Source of the DNA: Chloropicon primus
Lineage: Eukaryota
Length of the DNA stretch: 64,000 nt
Reading direction: 5' to 3'
Assembly: GCA_023205875.1 (NCBI GenBank)
Contig: CP060768.1
Span: 496,001-560,000, forward strand
Below, in pieces: positions 56,672-64,000 of this stretch; within the stretch, counting starts at the first letter, position 1; each line of letters opens with the position of its first letter. The notes under the pieces were generated by a model. The model was given only the letters and a program-made list of their open reading frames with translations. It was not told the origin of the DNA and did not search any database. The translations under genes and the position numbers were made by a program.

Positions 56672-59008
56672 ATGAGCGGGGTTGGGTCGGGTTCCTTGAT
56701 GATGCGGGCGCAGGATCGAATGAAGGGTACCCACGCCGGTATCGGAGTCGTCGCCATGGTGACAGTGTTCCTCCTCGTGGTCTCCACGATGTCCTTCGAG
56801 GGGCAGAGGGGGCACGGGCAGCAGCAGGTGGGCTTGGATGAGGCGCTCATGTTCGAGGAGGAGGGGGGGAGGCACGTGGTCCGCGCCCAGAGCAGGGCGG
56901 GAGACAGGCCCCCGCCTGACTTGGGGTCGCTCCGGGCTTCGGCGCCCGCGATGAACGTCAGCGCGTCGGCCGACGAGACGGACACCTACCACACGTACGA
57001 CAAAGTTTTGTCCTCCCTGAGGGGGGCGGGGCCCGAGGGGGGCCACAAGAACTTTCTGATATTCTTCAGCGGCCACCAGGGCTCGTCATGGCTCGCGGAC
57101 ATGGTCGGCTCGATGCCAGACGTCTTCGTTCCCGGGTTTGAGCCGCTTGAGGTGCAGAACGCCACCGCTTCGGAGAAGATGGAGTTCATCCGCAGGACGT
57201 TCGAGCTCCCGTCCACCGTGGAGGAGTACAACACGTGGATCGGAGAGCTCGTGACTCTCAGCGACGCGGCGGGCATCCGGCTTGGCTACGATGACCTGCC
57301 GACCTTCGAGGAGGTACTGCAGAAGAGGGCCTCGGGGTTCAAGATCAGGCCGTACGTCGGCAAGCGCACCGGGTTCAGGGACTTGAACCTGCTTTGGCTC
57401 AAGGACACCCTCGAAAAGTACGACGTCTCCATCGTTCTCACAACGAGGCAAAACACTTTGAAGACGGCGGTGTCTTGGTACAGGGCGAGAGAGAAGGGGT
57501 TGAACCAGTTCCACCTGACACAAAGCGCGGACTTTGACGCGGACCAAAGGATCGAGTTTGACATGGGCAAGTTTCAGAGGTGGCTCGGGTTCGTCGAGCA
57601 ATCGGACAGGGAGCTGAGGGACTCCATCGCCTTCTTTCAGAGGCCAACCTTCACCGTGGACTACGAGCAGCTCCGGCTTGATCCCATCACGACCGTGCAG
57701 CAGGTGGCCCAGTTCCTGCAGGTGGGGGACCAGCAAGCCCCGATCTCAGCGAGGTTTCGCAAAACGGGAAGCGACAGCCTCAGGAAAATGATATCGAACT
57801 TTGAAGAATTCTGCAACCACTTTTGGCAGAGTCCGTACCAGGGCATGCTCGGCGTGGAGTCCTGCGAACCCCTGCAGTCCCGCGATGCGCGGAGCAGCCC
57901 AGCGGGCGATGCAGTGCCCCCCCCCTCCTCGACCGCTGGTGCTGGAGCCTCCAACTCAAGTCACCAAGGCATGGCCAATCTGGTGACCTACCCCAATGGC
58001 ACCAACTCCAAGGACTGCTTTGCCAGTGGCTGGTCCGAGAAGAGCGATTGCTCGGACCTCCTCTACCAATCCAAATTGAGGGCGGTGCTCCGCGCGAGGA
58101 GCAGGCAGGCTCCCGTCTTCTTCAAGCACATCCACAAGGCCGGGGGCACAATGCTGTGCTCGGTTGCATCGTCAAACGTCTTCACGGAGACCAGGAGCCT
58201 GCCAAACGTGGACACTTGGGGCACGGATTGCGTCCCTTACGAAGCCTTCCTCAGCAGGCCGAGTCCAAGCTTGTTGGCCAACTCCCTGCTAAAATTTCAG
58301 ACCGTGGATGCAGACGAGCTGACCTCCCACCAGGGCTGGTTGGGTGGTGCCTGCTTCTTTGGTCACTTGACCCCAAGCGCTCAGCATGCCCTGCCGAGGG
58401 CCTTCCCCAACTTGGGGTTCGTGGCCTCAGAGGGTCCCATGCCTGACGAGTTTGTGTTGAATTTGGATTACCCCTTGATTGTGATGATGAGGGACCCCTA
58501 TGACAGGATCGTGAGCGCCCACAAGTGGTGGCAGTTCATGACGGAGAGGTTCCCTGGATCTCTCGGGAGCATTTGCAGCACGTACTCTGCCCCCACAAAC
58601 TCCACATTGTCCGTATGGATCGACTACTACCCGGACAACTGGGTGACGCGGTCCCTGCTCGGGCAGCGCAAGCTCCACAACTACCACAAGCCCCTGACCT
58701 TAGAGGACTTGGAGAGGGCCAAGAACAGGCTGGAGGCCTTCGCGGCCGTCCTCGTGCTGGAGGAGTACGACCTGTCCCTGAAGGTTGTGGAGGAGCTCTT
58801 TGGGTGGTCTAACCGGGGCACCAGGACGGAGGTGAACGTGAGCCCGGGCGGCAGGAGCGACAGCAACAGGGAGCTGGACGACCTGACCAGGCAAAAGGTG
58901 GCGAGCACGATTCAGCTGGACCTCCAGCTGTACCAGCACGCCCACGACCTGTTCTGGAAGCAGGCCAGCCAGTTGGGATACGGGAAGAGCAGGCGAGCCA
59001 CGGCGTGA
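56672..59008 (+). CDS. Type II membrane protein with two sulfotransferase domains
   Basis: An N-terminal TM precedes domain 1 (GHQGSSWL..FEPL..GFKI..RQNTLKTAVSW..VDYEQL) and domain 2 (FFKHIHKAGGT..RDPYDRIVS..DNWVTR..LDLQLY). Confidence 0.85.
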   Translation: MSGVGSGSLMMRAQDRMKGTHAGIGVVAMVTVFLLVVSTMSFEGQRGHGQQQVGLDEALMFEEEGGRHVVRAQSRAGDRPPPDLGSLRASAPAMNVSASADETDTYHTYDKVLSSLRGAGPEGGHKNFLIFFSGHQGSSWLADMVGSMPDVFVPGFEPLEVQNATASEKMEFIRRTFELPSTVEEYNTWIGELVTLSDAAGIRLGYDDLPTFEEVLQKRASGFKIRPYVGKRTGFRDLNLLWLKDTLEKYDVSIVLTTRQNTLKTAVSWYRAREKGLNQFHLTQSADFDADQRIEFDMGKFQRWLGFVEQSDRELRDSIAFFQRPTFTVDYEQLRLDPITTVQQVAQFLQVGDQQAPISARFRKTGSDSLRKMISNFEEFCNHFWQSPYQGMLGVESCEPLQSRDARSSPAGDAVPPPSSTAGAGASNSSHQGMANLVTYPNGTNSKDCFASGWSEKSDCSDLLYQSKLRAVLRARSRQAPVFFKHIHKAGGTMLCSVASSNVFTETRSLPNVDTWGTDCVPYEAFLSRPSPSLLANSLLKFQTVDADELTSHQGWLGGACFFGHLTPSAQHALPRAFPNLGFVASEGPMPDEFVLNLDYPLIVMMRDPYDRIVSAHKWWQFMTERFPGSLGSICSTYSAPTNSTLSVWIDYYPDNWVTRSLLGQRKLHNYHKPLTLEDLERAKNRLEAFAAVLVLEEYDLSLKVVEELFGWSNRGTRTEVNVSPGGRSDSNRELDDLTRQKVASTIQLDLQLYQHAHDLFWKQASQLGYGKSRRATA

Positions 59009-59131
59009 GTCCTGCTGTGCATGAGACATGAGAAAAAAAACTAAGAAGAAAATGTTTGTATGTTTGTATGTTTGCATGTTTTGCTGTTGAATGTTTTTGG
59101 TATCGATGAATTGGTGGCGACGAGTGTCCTA

Positions 59132-60208
59132 CTACTTTGCCGAGGGAGGGAACTTTGGCGAGAGCACCCCGTACCCCGCGACGTCCCTCTTGTACACGAC
59201 CTTGATCTCCCCCTCGGCCTTGTCAAGGAACATGAAGAAGTCGTGCCCGAGGAACTGCAGGCTCTCCACCGCGTCCTCGATGCTCATGGGGATCAGGTCC
59301 ACCTCCTTCTTCCTGTAGATCTTGAGGTCCTGCTCCTGCTGGGACATGGCTGGCGCGGAGGCCTCCGAGGCCAACATGTCCTCGACGGCGCTCTCCGTCT
59401 CCCACCTCATGCTGGCCTCCTCCTCGAGCAGGGCCATCGCCTCCTCGTCGTAGTCCGAGATGAAAACCTCCTCGGCGTCGACGTCCTCGCCACCGACGTC
59501 GCCGAGCGAGTCCCTGGCGGCCTTCTTCTTCTTGTACTTTGGCCTCACTCCGTGGCCGTTCCACACGCCCTTCGCGATGGCCTTCTCCTTGAGCTTCCTC
59601 AGCTTCCTCTCCACGGTCCTCCCGGCCTCGTCGATGGCGTTGTACGCGTTGTCGGTCTCCACCTCCGCCCTGACCGTCCCGATCGTGGTGAACACGGTGA
59701 CCTCGGCCCTCTGGAGCTGGGGTCCCTTGGTCTGGTGCTTGGGCCCCCCCCTCGCGCTCAGCCTGACGTCCACCCTGGAGATCGGGGCGTTCTTCCCCCT
59801 GTTCACGTCGTGGTGGTGCAGCATCAGGTGCATCGTGGCCTTCTCCACCTGGGTCTCCACGTGCCCGCGCAGGGCCTCCGTCACCTTGAGGTGCCTGCCC
59901 TGGATGTTGAGCTTGAGGGCGTGCGAGTCCGTCTCCGAGTTCTCCTGCTGCTGCGAGTCCACCAGGGCCTTGGGAGCAGCGACTCGAGGCCTGGTGACCG
60001 AGACCGCAGGCGAGGAGGAGGAGGACGAGGAGGGGGAGTTGATCCAGGACCCTTTGGTCCTCCAGGGTGCGAGCCTTCCGGCCTGCATCCTCGTCGTCTG
60101 GACCCTCCTGCTTCCAAAGGTAAAGTTGTTGCAGGGAAGGGGTGCGACAGTCCTCGAGGCCATCGCGCAGGTCGACCCGCAGGTTGACCTCATCATCCTC
60201 ATCCTCAT
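59132..60208 (-). CDS. PSRP1: Plastid ribosome hibernation factor PSRP1 (long HPF family)
   Basis: A transit peptide, LNIQGRHLKVTEALR, RVDVRLSARGG..AEVTVFT..GTVRAE..YNAID, and MSIEDAVESLQFLGHDFFMF..VVYKR..GYG. Confidence 0.92.
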   Translation of the reverse strand: MRMRMMRSTCGSTCAMASRTVAPLPCNNFTFGSRRVQTTRMQAGRLAPWRTKGSWINSPSSSSSSSPAVSVTRPRVAAPKALVDSQQQENSETDSHALKLNIQGRHLKVTEALRGHVETQVEKATMHLMLHHHDVNRGKNAPISRVDVRLSARGGPKHQTKGPQLQRAEVTVFTTIGTVRAEVETDNAYNAIDEAGRTVERKLRKLKEKAIAKGVWNGHGVRPKYKKKKAARDSLGDVGGEDVDAEEVFISDYDEEAMALLEEEASMRWETESAVEDMLASEASAPAMSQQEQDLKIYRKKEVDLIPMSIEDAVESLQFLGHDFFMFLDKAEGEIKVVYKRDVAGYGVLSPKFPPSAK

Positions 60209-60210
60209 CC

Positions 60211-60245
<35 letters not shown>

Positions 60246-60670
60246 AGGGGGATTCTGATTCTTCAGTCTTTCAGCAGAAACAAAAACAAACACAAAAATC
60301 AAGGAGGAGGGACACGTCAGTACGAGAAGCGAAAGCGAAGGCTGCGTCGGCCGTGTAAGTCCTCCACCTACGCACCTCCAACAAAGGTAACACTCTTCGT
60401 CGTCGTCGTCGTCGTCGTCCTCGTCGTCGTCAGTTTTATGATCGGGTGTGATCTTATCCTCGTCACCTCGGAAAGGAACGGAATATCTCCTCCCCTCACA
60501 CGTGTGTCTCGTGTTACACGTGCATTACGTGACATGCCGCCGCCAATTGGATGGTTCACGATCTTTCCGGTCCACACAACACCACGACGACGACGACGAG
60601 GACGACGACGACGACGAGGACGACGACGACGACGAGGACGAAGGGGTGCTGAGGAATAGGGTTTGACAAG

Positions 60671-62107
60671 ATGGCTGAGGGGAGGGACTACAAGGTGAAG
60701 GATATTGCGCAGGCGGACTTTGGGAGGTTGGAGATTGAGATCGCGGAGGTGGAATGTCCTGGACTTATGCAGTGCAGGAAGGAGTTTGGGGCCAAGCAGC
60801 CTTTCAAGGGGGTGAACATCTCGGGGAGTTTGCACATGACCATCCAGACGGCGGTGCTCATCGAGACCTTGACCGCCTTGGGAGCGAACGTGAGGTGGTG
60901 CTCTTGCAACATCTTTTCCACGCAGGACCACGCGGCCGCCGCTGTCGCGAGGGACTCCGCGGCCGTGTTCGCCTGGAAGGGGGAGACCCTCCCAGAGTAC
61001 TGGTGGTGCACCCTCCAGGCCCTCACCTGGCCAGGGGAGGACGGACCTGACATGATCGTCGACGACGGTGGGGACGCCACCTTGCTCATCCACAAGGGGT
61101 TCGAGGCCGAGAACGCCTTCCTCAAGGACGGGACCCTTCCAGACCCAAGCACCGCCGACAACGAGGAGGTCAGAATCGTGCTCCAGATCATCAAGGACGG
61201 ATTGGAGGCCGGGGAGACCGACAAGTGGCACAAGATGGCCGCCAAGCTCGTGGGAGTCAGCGAGGAGACCACCACCGGAGTCAAGAGGTTGTACGAGATG
61301 CAGGCCGACGGGTCCCTCCTGTTCCCTGCCATCAACGTCAACGACTCGGTCACCAAGTGCAAGTTCGACAACTTGTACGGGTGCAGGCACTCCTGCCCTG
61401 ACGGAATCATGCGTGCCACCGACGTCATGATCGCCGGAAAGACTTGCTTCATCGCCGGTTACGGTGACGTCGGCAAGGGGTGCGCCAAGTCCATGCAGGC
61501 TCAGGGAGCCAACGTGATCGTGAGCGAGATCGACCCCATCTGCGCCCTCCAGGCGTGCATGGAGGGATTCAGGGTCGCCCCGATCGATGACGTCTTGGAG
61601 ACCGCCGACATCTTCATCACCACCACCGGTAACAAGGACATCATCATGGCCTCGCACATGGCCAAGATGAAGAACAACGCCATCGTCGGAAACATCGGTC
61701 ACTTCGACAACGAGATCGACATGGCCGGAGTCGAGGGGTTCCCAGGAATCAAGAGGCAGAACATCAAGCCACAGGTCGACAGGTTCATCTTCCCTGACGG
61801 ACACGGAGTCATCATCTTGGCCGAGGGAAGGCTGATGAACTTGGGATGCGCCACCGGACACCCTTCTTTCGTCATGTCCTGCTCCTTCACCAACCAGGTC
61901 ATCGCCCAGCTTGAGCTCTGGAACGAGAAGGACTCTGGCAAGTACGAGAAGAAGGTCTACGTCCTTCCAAAGCACTTGGACGAGAAGGTCGCCGCCTTGC
62001 ACTTGGAGAAGCTCGGTGCCAAGCTCACCACCCTCACCAAGGACCAGGCCACGTACATCAACGTGCCTGTTGAGGGACCATACAAGCCAGCCGCCTACAG
62101 ATACTAA
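60671..62107 (+). CDS. SAHH: S-adenosyl-L-homocysteine hydrolase
   Basis: [48 protein letters not shown] and [14 protein letters not shown]. Confidence 0.99.
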   Translation: MAEGRDYKVKDIAQADFGRLEIEIAEVECPGLMQCRKEFGAKQPFKGVNISGSLHMTIQTAVLIETLTALGANVRWCSCNIFSTQDHAAAAVARDSAAVFAWKGETLPEYWWCTLQALTWPGEDGPDMIVDDGGDATLLIHKGFEAENAFLKDGTLPDPSTADNEEVRIVLQIIKDGLEAGETDKWHKMAAKLVGVSEETTTGVKRLYEMQADGSLLFPAINVNDSVTKCKFDNLYGCRHSCPDGIMRATDVMIAGKTCFIAGYGDVGKGCAKSMQAQGANVIVSEIDPICALQACMEGFRVAPIDDVLETADIFITTTGNKDIIMASHMAKMKNNAIVGNIGHFDNEIDMAGVEGFPGIKRQNIKPQVDRFIFPDGHGVIILAEGRLMNLGCATGHPSFVMSCSFTNQVIAQLELWNEKDSGKYEKKVYVLPKHLDEKVAALHLEKLGAKLTTLTKDQATYINVPVEGPYKPAAYRY

Positions 62108-62434
62108 GTGTGCGTGCAGAAGGGTGTGGTGGTTTAGGAAGACACGTGGAGGGTGGGATTTCAGCGAAAAAACACGCGGCGCCGCAGCGGCAACGGGATG
62201 TTTTGACGCGTCTCCCTCTCTTCGTTACTGTAACTTTAACTTCTTCGTCCCAAACGAAACGACTATGTTTGGACATAGAACTTAAATTCTTTTAATAAAT
62301 AACAAGAAAAAAGCATTTCAAGCAAACAACAACAACCAACGCGCGTGCTACTGCTACTCCGTCTGCCTCTCTCTGTCTCTCTGTCTGTCTTTCTCTTCAG
62401 TACTCGTAGCAGCAGCAGCAGCAGATTCAGAGCA

Positions 62435-64000
62435 CTAGTAGGCCACCGAGATGCTCTGCCTTCGGATCATTCCCGCAGGTCTCTGCACCTCCTTGTTCTT
62501 CTCCTGCTGGATCTTGGCCTTGATCTCCGTGTCCACGAGCTCCACGCCGTCCCCGAGGTTGTTCTCCTCCACCATGAAGGGCTCGAGGTGCTCCGGCCTG
62601 CCCTGCCTGAGGAGGTACCTGCGGCGGTGCCAGAGAACGATCTGCACCAGCTGGGGGGACCCAGCGGCCGACTGCTTCAAGGCCAGCTCCAAGGCGCGCT
62701 CCCAGTGGAACATCCTGATGTTCAGCTTGATGGCCCTGTAGTGCAAGCCGGACTGCAGGAGCATCCCCTCGACTTCCTTGGCGGGGACGCCCTTGAAGAG
62801 GGCCAGCTCGGCGGCCCTGCCCTCGTCGCTCGGGACGTCCTTCAAGAAATTCATGAACTGGACCTTGTCGATAAGTCCCAAGGAGGCATACGCAGTCTTG
62901 GCCGTCTCGATGTGCTGCTGACCCAGGCTCAAGGCCGCCAGGCACGCCCACAGGAGGTACCCGGGCTCGCCCTTGGAGCTCCCCTCGCACCTTCCCACGG
63001 TCCTGCAAAGGTGGACGGCCTTGGGCCACTTGTGCTGCTGGACGCACTTCTCCAGGGCGAGCGAGTACCACGCCAAGGGGACCATGTAAGTCACCAGGGC
63101 GCCGTTCCCGTGCCTGGTGATGATCCTCCCGCGCTCGAAGGACTGTATCCGGGGAGCCAAAGAGTCATTGGCGAACGAGTCCTCCTCCTCGCCGTTGTCC
63201 CCCATTCCCATGGCCATCATGGACTCGCGCGCCAGCTTGGTGGTGGGAACCTCGTACGTGCAGAGTGGCAGAAGGTCCTGGTCCAAGAAGCAGATGTCCG
63301 GGATGCACCAGACGAGGAGCTTGCCGTCGCTGACGCAGCAGAGGGCGCTGCTGTCCGTGCTCCACCCGAACGAGTCGCACATCGTGCAGAGCTTCACCGG
63401 GTCCCTGGTCTGGTCCCCCAGAAGCGACAAGTAAAGGTCCCTGTTGGAATCCACGAAGCACAGCTTCCTCTCCCCCAGACCCCCCACCAGGCTCAGGCCC
63501 ACCTCGGTGATGATGCCCCCCTGGTGGTGGCACACCTGGCCTTGCTCCCCTCCCCCCGCTCCCTGCTTCAGCTTCTGCGCCAAAGGCTTGCCCGTTTGGG
63601 TGTCAAAGACCCTGACCACGCTGCTCGAGGCGTGGTCCACCACCGCAACGCAGTCATCCGCCAAGGCCAGGCTCCTGGTCGACATGAGCTCTGCCCTCAT
63701 CCCCTGGAACTTGGGCTGGCACATCACTCTTCCCGTGTCGTAGCTGATCACCTTGAGGCACCCCGCAGTATCAGTGGTCGCCATGCACTTGGGACCCTGC
63801 ACGAGCAGCTTCACCGGCATCTCTTGCGTGAAGAGCCCGCTGGTTACGTGAGGGGAGTGCCAGTCGGGCGGGCTGTAAACGTAAACCTGCTTCTGCGTGA
63901 TTACCACGACCTTGCCGAAGCCCACGCTGGTGGCCAAGATCTTCTCGGATCCAAAGTGGAGCTTGTCCTCCGCGACCAGGTCCGAGCTGCTTGTGGTCTC
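62435..64000 (-). CDS. IFT80: Intraflagellar transport protein 80 (5' end outside the window)
   Basis: The frame is open to the window edge. RKLCFVDSNRDLYL, W.KAV.LCR, LWACLAAL, TAYASL..IDKV and LLQSGLHYRAIKLNIRMFHWERALELA. Confidence 0.9.
   Translation of the reverse strand, partial: ETTSSSDLVAEDKLHFGSEKILATSVGFGKVVVITQKQVYVYSPPDWHSPHVTSGLFTQEMPVKLLVQGPKCMATTDTAGCLKVISYDTGRVMCQPKFQGMRAELMSTRSLALADDCVAVVDHASSSVVRVFDTQTGKPLAQKLKQGAGGGEQGQVCHHQGGIITEVGLSLVGGLGERKLCFVDSNRDLYLSLLGDQTRDPVKLCTMCDSFGWSTDSSALCCVSDGKLLVWCIPDICFLDQDLLPLCTYEVPTTKLARESMMAMGMGDNGEEEDSFANDSLAPRIQSFERGRIITRHGNGALVTYMVPLAWYSLALEKCVQQHKWPKAVHLCRTVGRCEGSSKGEPGYLLWACLAALSLGQQHIETAKTAYASLGLIDKVQFMNFLKDVPSDEGRAAELALFKGVPAKEVEGMLLQSGLHYRAIKLNIRMFHWERALELALKQSAAGSPQLVQIVLWHRRRYLLRQGRPEHLEPFMVEENNLGDGVELVDTEIKAKIQQEKNKEVQRPAGMIRRQSISVAY

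Noticed and set aside
60300..60670. SAH/SAM riboswitch upstream of SAHH
   Set aside because: No aptamer consensus is visible. The apparent pairing comes from triplet microsatellites.

Overview
This is gene-dense, GC-rich eukaryotic nuclear DNA with short GT-AG introns. The gene content (plastid-type GyrB, RSH and PSRP1, plant-type SKIP31 and GET1) points to a compact green alga. It looks prasinophyte- or Chloropicon-like, which is an inference from content and style only. About 30 protein genes can be supported: housekeeping genes (SAHH, adenylate kinase, thiolase, RRP12, ACL4, NDUFA2, Asterix, HIG1, IFRD), ciliary genes (WDR60-like, ARL6, IFT80) and several unknowns. There is also an intron-containing tRNA-Lys(CTT). 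The first ~10 kb is atypical: a frameshift-fragmented Cys-rich/SANT-like gene, a decayed ankyrin-repeat gene with a 4x45-bp tandem array, and degenerate telomere-like blocks in opposite orientations. The most striking unexplained signal is a ~50-bp dispersed motif with a GAAAG-N13-CTTTC dyad. It recurs in divergent promoters, points toward the adjacent gene, and is spaced 182-183 bp apart in three independent pairs, which is close to a nucleosome repeat length.
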